NCBI GenBank assembly: GCA_046093625.1
Contig: JBJTFY010000160.1
Location: 1-43,870 of the forward strand
Direction of reading: 5' to 3'
DNA: 43,870 bases
Source: Actinomycetota bacterium
Lineage (GTDB): Bacteria; Actinomycetota; Acidimicrobiia; Acidimicrobiales; Ilumatobacteraceae
The translations under genes were made by a program, and so were the position numbers. The notes beneath the pieces are model-generated. The model saw nothing but the letters and a program-made list of their open reading frames with translations. It ran no database searches and was not told the DNA's origin. Shown piece by piece: positions 8,510 to 16,164 of this stretch (its first letter is position 1; each line of letters begins with the position of its first letter).

Positions 8510-10123
8510 ATGACAACAATTGATACGCACCACGCCGCCGGTGAAACGGCGGCGCCCCCCGCCGTCGCCGCGTGGATTTCGTCGGCCGACCACAAGCAGG
8601 TGGGCCGTCTCTTCGTGGGCACCGGCCTCGTCGGACTACTCGGTGGCCTGGTGTTGGCCGTGTTGGTGGCGTTCGAACGCATCGACGCCCAGGGTTACCA
8701 ACTGCTCGGCGTCGATTCGGCGCCTCAGGTGCTCTCGGCGGCCCGACTCCTGTTGACCTTCGGCGCCGTGGCCCCCTTGCTCCTCGGCATCGCCGTGGCG
8801 ATCGTGCCGTTGCAGCTCGGTGCGCGGTCGTTGGCCTTGCCGCGACTCGCCGCGGGTGGGTTCTGGATGTGGCTCACCGGCCTCGGTCTGGCGGTGTTCT
8901 CGATCATCGCCAATGGCGGACCCGGGGGCGGCTCGTCCGACATGGTCGACCTCTACCTTCTCGGAACGATCGTCATGTCGGTCGGCCTCATGATGGCCGC
9001 CGCGGCGGTGGCGACGTCGGTTCTCACCACCCGCGCCCCGGGCATGGGCTTGTTGAGGGCGCCGATGTTCTCCTGGTCGGCGCTCGTCGGTGCGGTGACG
9101 ATGTTGTTGGCGTTGCCGGTGTACGTCGGCTCGTCGATCTACCTGTACGTCGACCACAAGTACGCCCGGGCCGCTTTCGGTGGCAACGTCGGCGTGTCGA
9201 GTTGGGCCGGTTGGGCGATGTCGCAACCCTTCACCTACCTGTTGGCGATTCCGGCACTCGGCATGATCCTCGACATCGTCCCGGTGATGGGCCGCACGCG
9301 GTTGGCCCAGCGCAGCGCGGCCAACGTGGCCATCGGTGTCGTGTCGGTGGCGGTGCTGGCCACGGTGACCCAGACGATGGTGTCGTTGCCCTGGGAGGGC
9401 GAGAAGTTCCTCGACAATCTCGGGAACAAGATCGCCGACCTCCTGCCGTGGGGTCTGCTGACCGTCGTGCCGTTGCTCGGTGTGCTCGGTGTGCTCGGCA
9501 CGAGCGCGCTCACTCTCAAGAACGGCAAACCCCGGGTGGCGGCGCCGTTGGTGTTCGCCATGCACGGCTTGTTGATGATCGCCCTCGGTGTGGCCGCGCA
9601 CGTGTTGTGGTCGATCGACGATGCCGGTCTGCGGGGCTCGATCTTCGAGGCCGGCACGTACGTGGCCATCACGTTCGGCGTGGTGACGGTGTCATTCGGG
9701 GCACTGTGTTACTGGGGACCCAAGTTGTGGGGTCGGCGAATCCCCGACAAGGCTGCTCTTCCGTTGGCCCTGTTGGCGCTGCTGGCCTCGGCGCTCGGTT
9801 CGATCCCGTACATGATCGCCGGATTCGCCGATCAGCCCGCCGGTGCGCTCGACGGATTCTCGTACAGCGGTCCCCAAGACCTCTGGAACGTGCTCACGAC
9901 CGCGGGATTCGCGTTGATGTTGCTGACCACGTTGGCTTTCGTGGGCTTGGCGATCAAGAGTTTCATCGGCGGTGAGTCCGCTGGTGACGATCCGTGGGAC
10001 GGCCAGACGCTCGAGTGGGCCACGTCCTCGCCGCCTCCCGTCGACAACTTCTCCGATCTCGTGGTCGTCGGATCGGCCACCCCGCTCACCGACCTCAAGT
10101 CCAACACCGGGAAGGACGCCTGA
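8510..10123 (+). CDS. Heme-copper oxidase subunit I-like polytopic membrane protein lacking canonical heme/CuB ligands (predicted non-catalytic paralog)
   Basis: Shares CoxI landmarks with the adjacent ctaD: ADHKQVG, LPRLAAGGFWMW, TRAPGMGLLRAPMFSW, YWGPKLW and DPWDGQTLEWATSSPPPVDNF. It has only 6 His in total. By-eye alignment finds none at the six metal-ligand positions. Strong GC3 bias supports real coding. Confidence 0.8.
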   Translation: MTTIDTHHAAGETAAPPAVAAWISSADHKQVGRLFVGTGLVGLLGGLVLAVLVAFERIDAQGYQLLGVDSAPQVLSAARLLLTFGAVAPLLLGIAVAIVPLQLGARSLALPRLAAGGFWMWLTGLGLAVFSIIANGGPGGGSSDMVDLYLLGTIVMSVGLMMAAAAVATSVLTTRAPGMGLLRAPMFSWSALVGAVTMLLALPVYVGSSIYLYVDHKYARAAFGGNVGVSSWAGWAMSQPFTYLLAIPALGMILDIVPVMGRTRLAQRSAANVAIGVVSVAVLATVTQTMVSLPWEGEKFLDNLGNKIADLLPWGLLTVVPLLGVLGVLGTSALTLKNGKPRVAAPLVFAMHGLLMIALGVAAHVLWSIDDAGLRGSIFEAGTYVAITFGVVTVSFGALCYWGPKLWGRRIPDKAALPLALLALLASALGSIPYMIAGFADQPAGALDGFSYSGPQDLWNVLTTAGFALMLLTTLAFVGLAIKSFIGGESAGDDPWDGQTLEWATSSPPPVDNFSDLVVVGSATPLTDLKSNTGKDA

Positions 10124-10722
10124 TGCTCTCGTTGCCCTCGGCCCCCACCGCTCCGGCGCGCCGACAGGTGTTCGTCGCCACCGCACTGGCCGCTGCCGCG
10201 GGAACCACGTTGCTCGGTGGGATGCTCGCCACGTGGTTGCAGTTCCGCGGAGACGCACCGTTGCGCGAGTCGCCCAAGCGCGGGCTCATCGCCGACTGGA
10301 TGCCGGCCAAGGTCGTCGTTCCCGAGGTGGCCACGAACATGATGCTCATCGGTCTGTGCGTCGTCTGCGTGATGGCCCAGTGGGCGGTGTACTCGGCCAA
10401 GCGCAACGACCGCTCGCACGCCAGCCTGGCGTTCGGCATCACGATCCTGTTCGGTCTCATGGTCGTCAACGCCCAGGTGTACACCTGGACCCAGATGGGT
10501 GTCGCGGTGAACGACGGCGCGTTCCACACCATGTTCTACGCCGTCACCGGCACCATGATGCTGTTGCTGGTGTCCGGTCTCGTCTACACCGCGGTCGCGG
10601 CCTTCCGGTATCTCGGTGGTCGGTCCAAGGAGATCGAGATCGTGTCGGCGAGCGCCCTTTATTGGTACTTCCTCACGGCGGCGTTCACCGCGGTGTGGTT
10701 CGTCGTGTACGTGCAGAAGTGA
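10123..10722 (+). CDS. Cytochrome c oxidase subunit III-like membrane protein (diverged paralog)
   Basis: Aligns by eye to ctaE: AKRNDRSHASLAFGITILFGLMVVNAQVYTWT vs AQRKDDRNTNLWLTITALLGATFVGGQVYEFT, FYAVTG vs FYTLTG, and LYWYFLTAAFTAVWFVVYV vs LYWHFVDIVWIVIFTLVYL. TGATG start/stop overlap with the upstream gene. Confidence 0.72.
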   Translation: MLSLPSAPTAPARRQVFVATALAAAAGTTLLGGMLATWLQFRGDAPLRESPKRGLIADWMPAKVVVPEVATNMMLIGLCVVCVMAQWAVYSAKRNDRSHASLAFGITILFGLMVVNAQVYTWTQMGVAVNDGAFHTMFYAVTGTMMLLLVSGLVYTAVAAFRYLGGRSKEIEIVSASALYWYFLTAAFTAVWFVVYVQK

Positions 10723-10735
10723 CGAGGCAGAATCC

Positions 10736-11878
10736 ATGATCACAACCGGATCGAAACTCCTTTACGGGCTGGGAACCGCGACCGCGGTCGCGGCCATCGT
10801 GTGGTTCATCGCCAACGACGGCGGCGTCCTCGGCGTCGTGTCGCTGTCGTTCCTCGCCGTCGCATTGTTCTTCCTCGGTGCGGTGTCGTCGTACGTTCGC
10901 GACGGACACGTGCTCTCGACCGAGACCGCGGCGCACGCTTCCAGCAACGCGGCCCAGCGTGGTGTCGGCCGCAGTTGGTTCCCGTTCGGCACGGCGTTCT
11001 CGGCCGGCATGGTGGCGGTCGGGCTGGTGAGCTCGCCCGGCATCTTCAAGGTGGGCATCTGCTTGCTGTTCGCGATGCTCGGCGAGTGGCTGATCAAGAA
11101 CTGGAGCGACCGCGCGTCGTCGAACGCCGCCTACAACGAGAAGGTGCGCGCCTGGGTGGTGCACCCGCTCGAGATCCCGGTCGGTGGTGCGCTGTTGCTG
11201 ACGGTGATCGTGTTGTCGTTCTCGCGGGTCATGTTGTCGCTCTCGAGGGAGTCCGGTCCGATCGTGTTCGCGATCGCGGGCGCCCTCGTGCTGTTCGTCG
11301 GTTCGATGATCAGCGTCCGCCGCGGCGCGAGCCGACGCGTGGTTGGCGCGGTGGCCGGTGTCGTTCTGGTGGCACTCTCGGGAGCGGGCATCGCCCTCGC
11401 CCTCGACGGTGAGCGCCACGAACTCACGGTCGCAGCGGAGGAGGACCACTTCGCGCACCGTCCGTGCGGCGAGGAGGCCGAGGAGGCCGACGAGGACGCC
11501 GGGCGGGCCGTGTCGGCCAAGAGCAGCGTGGCCGCCACCGTGATCTTGCGCGACGGTCGTCTGTTCGCCGAGATGGACGGATGGTCGGGTGAACTCACGG
11601 CCATCACACTGCAGCGATCGAACCCCTCGAACATCTTGTTCATCAACGAGGACGACCACGAGCACCGCATGGTGGTCACGTACGGCATGGTCACCGAGGA
11701 TCTCGGTGGCGGGGTCAGCAAGGACACCGTGCTCGAGGCGTGCACGTCGTTGATCGGACAAGGTGGCACGCAAGCGGTGTCGGTCGTCATCCCCAAGCCC
11801 TCGTTCGCTAGTGAAGAGCCGTACTCGATCACCGTCCCCGGTGTGGAGGGTGCGTCGATCGAGATTCAGGTGCCGTGA
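10736..11878 (+). CDS. Polytopic membrane protein (~7 TM) with acidic linker and ~120-aa beta-rich, cupredoxin-like C-terminal domain
   Basis: Hydrophobic segments run through residue ~255, followed by the linker EEAEEADED. The C-terminal pattern ITLQRSNPSNILFINEDDHEHRMVV...YSITVPGVEGASIEIQV resembles a plastocyanin/Cupredoxin_1 sandwich without the C..H..M triad. A GAGG RBS lies 9 nt upstream. Confidence 0.6.
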   Translation: MITTGSKLLYGLGTATAVAAIVWFIANDGGVLGVVSLSFLAVALFFLGAVSSYVRDGHVLSTETAAHASSNAAQRGVGRSWFPFGTAFSAGMVAVGLVSSPGIFKVGICLLFAMLGEWLIKNWSDRASSNAAYNEKVRAWVVHPLEIPVGGALLLTVIVLSFSRVMLSLSRESGPIVFAIAGALVLFVGSMISVRRGASRRVVGAVAGVVLVALSGAGIALALDGERHELTVAAEEDHFAHRPCGEEAEEADEDAGRAVSAKSSVAATVILRDGRLFAEMDGWSGELTAITLQRSNPSNILFINEDDHEHRMVVTYGMVTEDLGGGVSKDTVLEACTSLIGQGGTQAVSVVIPKPSFASEEPYSITVPGVEGASIEIQVP

Positions 11879-11956
11879 GTCACCCCCGCCCCCATAGAGA
11901 GACGATCTGAACCCATGAGTACCGTGAGCAACGTGAACGAGCGAGCAGGAGAGACG

Positions 11957-13177
11957 ATGAAGTCTTCGCGTCGTTGGTCGAAGGTCGCGACGTCGACCCT
12001 CGCCGTTTCCGCCCTGATGTTCCTGGCCGGTTGCGCCAAGGACGCACCTCAGGACACCTGGCAGCCGGCCGGTCCGAACGCGGAGAAGATCGACAATCTG
12101 CAACGGCCGATCTTCTACATCGCCGGCGTGGTCGGATTGATCGTTTTCGCCGCCGTGGGCTGGGCGGTGTTCCGCTATCGCGATCGTGGTCAGGCGATGC
12201 CGGAGCAGTCGCACGGCAAGCCGGCCCTCGAGATCACCCTCACCGTCATCCCGGTGTTGATCCTCGTCGGTGTCGCGGTGCCCACCGTGGGCACCATCTT
12301 CGATCTGGCCAAGACCGACGACACCGAGATGACCATCAACGTCACCGGTCAGCAGTGGTGGTGGGAGTACGACTACCCGGCCGTCGGCACGAACGCCTCG
12401 GAGTTCGGAATCGCCGAGCCCATCGTGACCTCGGGTCAGTTGGTGATCCCGGAGGACACCAAGATCCTGTTGCGCGTCACGAGTCGCGACGTCATCCACT
12501 CGTACTGGATCCCCAAGTTGAACGGCAAGAAGGACGGTGTGCCCGGTCGCGTGCATCTCTTGCGCCTCGAGGGTTCGCAACCGGGCATCTACGCCGGTCA
12601 ATGCACCGAGTTCTGCGGTCTCTCCCACGCGTACATGCGCATGGAGACGGTCGTGCTCTCCAAGGCCGACTACGCCGCCTGGGTCGCGAACCAGCTCGAG
12701 GCCTATTCGTCGCCGTCCGCCGACAACGCCTTGGCCCTCGAGGGCGAGAATTTGTTCTTGCAGCAGTGCGCGCGCTGTCACCAGGTGAACGGGCTGCAGA
12801 ATTCCGACGGCACCCCGAACGTGGCCGCCCCCGACCAATACCTGGTGTCCGGTGCGGCGCCGAACCTGACCAACCTCATGACCCGCAACACCTTCGCGGG
12901 TGCGGCCTGGGATCTGTTGACCCCCGAGTGCCGCGACGACGTGTGGAACGCCTCCGCGGAGGAGTTCGGCGCGAAGTACCTGGCCGGCGTCAGCGAGGAC
13001 TGTCTCAACCAGAAGGATCTTCGCGAGTGGCTGCGCAACGCCCCCGCCAAGAAGCCCATGTACGCCGATCCGACCAAGTTGGCCGAGACCGGCGGTAAGT
13101 ACCGCGGCATGCCCGCCCTCGGCCTCACCGAGGACCAGATCAACGCCCTCGTCGCCTACCTGCTCGAGCGGAAGTAA
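11957..13177 (+). CDS. ctaC: Cytochrome c oxidase subunit II with fused C-terminal cytochrome c domain (caa3 type)
   Basis: Lipobox MFLAGC and two TM helices. CuA site HSYWIP...CTEFCGLSHAYM. Heme c motif CARCH with the distal YRGMPAL. A GGAGAG RBS precedes the ATG at 11957; the ORF maximum is 11915. Confidence 0.92.
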   Translation: MKSSRRWSKVATSTLAVSALMFLAGCAKDAPQDTWQPAGPNAEKIDNLQRPIFYIAGVVGLIVFAAVGWAVFRYRDRGQAMPEQSHGKPALEITLTVIPVLILVGVAVPTVGTIFDLAKTDDTEMTINVTGQQWWWEYDYPAVGTNASEFGIAEPIVTSGQLVIPEDTKILLRVTSRDVIHSYWIPKLNGKKDGVPGRVHLLRLEGSQPGIYAGQCTEFCGLSHAYMRMETVVLSKADYAAWVANQLEAYSSPSADNALALEGENLFLQQCARCHQVNGLQNSDGTPNVAAPDQYLVSGAAPNLTNLMTRNTFAGAAWDLLTPECRDDVWNASAEEFGAKYLAGVSEDCLNQKDLREWLRNAPAKKPMYADPTKLAETGGKYRGMPALGLTEDQINALVAYLLERK

Positions 13178-13192
13178 AGGGAGAACACTCGA

Positions 13193-15208
13193 ATGGCCAT
13201 CATCGAACGTCCCTCCACGGAAGTCGCCGTCGCCGGCGGTGCCACGATCGGCGTGAAGCCGAGCGAGGCCCTCGGCGTGTTCAAGCGTCCGGCCGCGAGC
13301 ACCTCGTGGCGCGATTGGCTCGTCACGGTCGACCACAAGAAGCTCGGCATCATGTACGGGGTCGCCGCGTTCTTCTTCGTCATCGTCGGCGGCTTGGAAG
13401 CCGTCTTGATCCGTCTGCAGTTGATCGCCCCGAACGGCAAGGTGCTCAACGCCGACCAGTACAACCAGATGTTCACGATGCACGCCACCACGATGGTGTT
13501 CCTGTTCGTGATGCCGATGGCGGCGGCGTTCGCCAACTACTTCGTACCCCTCCAGATCGGTGCGCGCGACGTGGCCTTCCCCCGCATCAACGCGTTCGGA
13601 TTCTGGTGCTTCCTGTTCGGCGGCATCTTCCTGAACACCTCGTGGTTCCTGGGTGGGGCGGCCGACGGCGGTTGGTTCATGTACGCCCCGAACTCGAGCA
13701 CGCTCTTCTCGCCCAGCCACGGCATCGACTTCTGGGCGATGGGCCTGCAGATCACCGGTATCGCCTCGCTGACCGGTGCGATCAACCTGATCGTGACGAT
13801 CCTCAACATGCGCGCTCCGGGCATGAAGTTGATGCGGATGCCCATCTTCACCTGGATGGTGTTGGTCGTGCAGTTCCTGCTGCTCTTCGCCATTCCGGTC
13901 ATCACGGTGGCGCTGTTCCTGCTCACCTTCCAGCGCTCGTTCGACGCCACCTTCTTCGACGTGGCCTCCGGTGCCGACCCGCTCTTGTGGCAGCACCTGT
14001 TTTGGATCTTCGGTCACCCCGAGGTGTACATCCTGATCCTGCCGTCGTTCGGCATCGTGTCGGAGATCCTGCCGGTCTTCTCCAAGAAGCCGTTGTTCGG
14101 TTACCCGATCGTCGCGATGTCGGGTGCCGCCATCGGTTTCGTCGGCTGGGGCGTGTGGGCGCACCACATGTTCGCCTCGGGCCTCGGTCCGGTGTCGGTG
14201 ACGGTCTTCTCGATGGCGACCATGGCGATCGCGGTGCCCACCGGCGTGAAGATCGTCAACTGGGTCATGACCATGTGGGGCGGCAAACTGCGCTTCACGG
14301 TGCCCATGCTCTTCTCGATCGCCCTCGTCGTGCAGTTCACCATCGGTGGTCTGTCGGGGGTCACCCACGCCGTCGCGCCGAGCGACACCCAGCAGACCGA
14401 CACCTACTACATCGTGGCGCACTTCCACTACGTGTTGTTCGGTGGGGCGATCTTCGGGTTGTTCGCCGGGTTCTACTACTGGTGGCCGAAGATGTTCCGC
14501 AAGCAATTGAGCGAATCGATCGGGCGTTGGAACTTCTGGCTGATGGTGGTGGGCATGAACATGACGTTCGGGCCGATGCACATGCTCGGTCTGCAGGGCC
14601 AACCGCGTCGTATGCAGGTCTGGACCGAGGCCCGCGCCGGAGACGGCTTCTTCAACCTCGGTTTCTGGAACCGCATCGCGTCCACCGGGTCGCTCATCCT
14701 CTCGGTCGGTGTCCTGTTGTTCATCATCAACGTGGTGTACACCCACAAGTCGAAGAAGGTCGCCATCGCGCCCCTCGATCCGTGGGACGCCCGCACCCAC
14801 GAGTGGATGACCGACAGTCCCCCGAAGGAGCACAACTTCGACTCCATTCCGACGATCGACAACCTCGACGAGTTCTTCCACCGCAAGTACGCCCAGGACG
14901 CCGAGACGCACGAGATCAAGCAGGTGGCCACGGCCGAGGAGGTGTTGGCCGAGATGAACGCACATCCGGACGAGCACATCCACATGCCGTCGCGTTCCTA
15001 CTGGCCGATTCTGTTGGCGCTGGCCCTCCCGATCATCGGTTACGGCCTGATCTACAACCGAGTCATCCTCGCCGTCGGTGCGGCCATGGTGGTGTTGACC
15101 ATGTTCGGCTGGGCGATGGAACCCTCCACGTCACCCGATGACGATTTCGACCCGCCCGCCCCCGGCGACGGTGGCGGCCACACGAAGGAGTTGGCGCCCC
15201 TTGGCTGA
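13193..15208 (+). CDS. ctaD: Cytochrome c oxidase subunit I (canonical ligands present) with ~120-aa C-terminal two-helix extension
   Basis: VDHKKLG, TMHATTMVF, GARDVAFPRINAFGFW, FGHPEVY, WAHHMF, PTGVKIVNW, VAHFHYV and PPKEHNF are all present. 671 aa, versus ~540 for a typical core. Confidence 0.95.
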   Translation: MAIIERPSTEVAVAGGATIGVKPSEALGVFKRPAASTSWRDWLVTVDHKKLGIMYGVAAFFFVIVGGLEAVLIRLQLIAPNGKVLNADQYNQMFTMHATTMVFLFVMPMAAAFANYFVPLQIGARDVAFPRINAFGFWCFLFGGIFLNTSWFLGGAADGGWFMYAPNSSTLFSPSHGIDFWAMGLQITGIASLTGAINLIVTILNMRAPGMKLMRMPIFTWMVLVVQFLLLFAIPVITVALFLLTFQRSFDATFFDVASGADPLLWQHLFWIFGHPEVYILILPSFGIVSEILPVFSKKPLFGYPIVAMSGAAIGFVGWGVWAHHMFASGLGPVSVTVFSMATMAIAVPTGVKIVNWVMTMWGGKLRFTVPMLFSIALVVQFTIGGLSGVTHAVAPSDTQQTDTYYIVAHFHYVLFGGAIFGLFAGFYYWWPKMFRKQLSESIGRWNFWLMVVGMNMTFGPMHMLGLQGQPRRMQVWTEARAGDGFFNLGFWNRIASTGSLILSVGVLLFIINVVYTHKSKKVAIAPLDPWDARTHEWMTDSPPKEHNFDSIPTIDNLDEFFHRKYAQDAETHEIKQVATAEEVLAEMNAHPDEHIHMPSRSYWPILLALALPIIGYGLIYNRVILAVGAAMVVLTMFGWAMEPSTSPDDDFDPPAPGDGGGHTKELAPLG

Positions 15209-15815
15209 CACCGCTATCGCCCACGGCCATGACGCCGGTCATGGTGCCCATGTGACGACCACCGGCTTGTCCAACAACAAGTTGGGAATGTGGATGTTCC
15301 TCGGTTCCGAGTGCCTCCTGTTCGGCGGTCTCATCTCGACCTACATGCTCTACAAGGGTCGAGTGAACTCGGGCCCCCAGCCCGACCAGATCTACGACAT
15401 CCCGTTCACCTCGGTGAGCTCTTTCGTCCTGCTCATGAGTTCGCTCACGATGGTGTTGGCGGTGTCGGCCGCCCAGCGCAAGGACGACCGCAACACGAAC
15501 CTCTGGCTCACGATCACCGCGCTCCTCGGCGCCACCTTCGTCGGCGGTCAGGTGTACGAGTTCACGGCCTTCTACCGCGAGGGTCTGGGCTTCACGACCA
15601 GCCTCTTCGGGTCGAGTTTCTACACCCTCACGGGTTTCCACGGTGTGCACGTGTCGGTCGGCATCATCATGTTGATGGCGTTGGTGGGCATGATCAGTCG
15701 AAACCGGATTCCGGGGAGCAAGGCCGAGTCCGTCGAGTTGATCGGCCTCTACTGGCACTTCGTCGACATCGTCTGGATCGTCATTTTCACCCTCGTCTAC
15801 CTGATCCCGTCCTGA
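15201..15815 (+). CDS. ctaE: Cytochrome c oxidase subunit III (short 5-TM form)
   Basis: KLGMWMFLGSECLLFGGL, FYTLTGFHGVHV and LYWHFVDIVWIVIF. Start is uncertain: the TTG at 15201 overlaps the ctaD stop by 8 nt, GTG 15252 is possible, and ATG 15138 would overlap ctaD by 71 nt. Confidence 0.88.
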   Translation: MADTAIAHGHDAGHGAHVTTTGLSNNKLGMWMFLGSECLLFGGLISTYMLYKGRVNSGPQPDQIYDIPFTSVSSFVLLMSSLTMVLAVSAAQRKDDRNTNLWLTITALLGATFVGGQVYEFTAFYREGLGFTTSLFGSSFYTLTGFHGVHVSVGIIMLMALVGMISRNRIPGSKAESVELIGLYWHFVDIVWIVIFTLVYLIPS

Positions 15816-15825
15816 GGAGCCAACG

Positions 15826-16161
15826 ATGAGCACCGCCACCGATCACAGCGCCGAGCACGTCGCCGAACACGCCGACGAGCACCACGGAGCGAGCGACAAG
15901 CAGTACGTCATCATCGCCCTCATCCTGGCCGCGCTCACGGCGATCGAGGTGTCGACCTACTACGTCGACTTCGGTCCGTTGTTCATGCCGACGCTCTTCG
16001 TGTTGATGACCGTGAAGTTCGTGGTGGTGGTGTCGTACTTCATGCACCTGAAGTTCGACAACAAGCTGTTCAGCTACCTCTTCTACTCGGGCTTGATCTT
16101 GGCGCTCGCGGTGTACATCGGGGCGCTGTCCACCTTCAAGTTCTTCCTTCAGAAGGGCTGA
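15826..16161 (+). CDS. ctaF: Cytochrome c oxidase subunit IV, Bacillus/caa3 type (COX4_pro-like)
   Basis: 111 aa with 3 TM and YVIIALILAALTAIEV...VKFVVVVSYFMHLKFD. GAGGAG RBS. Confidence 0.8.
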   Translation: MSTATDHSAEHVAEHADEHHGASDKQYVIIALILAALTAIEVSTYYVDFGPLFMPTLFVLMTVKFVVVVSYFMHLKFDNKLFSYLFYSGLILALAVYIGALSTFKFFLQKG

Positions 16162-16164
16162 CCG

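Noticed and set aside
10685-14983. Giant 1432-aa minus-strand ORF spanning the cta region
   Set aside because: It is antisense to five well-supported plus-strand genes with unmistakable oxidase motifs. The translated sequence is low-complexity and Arg/Gly/His/Asp-rich, typical of open antisense frames in high-GC DNA.
15138-15200. ATG at 15138 as the ctaE start
   Set aside because: It would overlap ctaD by 71 nt and add a Pro/Arg-rich segment not typical of subunit III. The TTG at 15201 or the GTG at 15252 is preferred.
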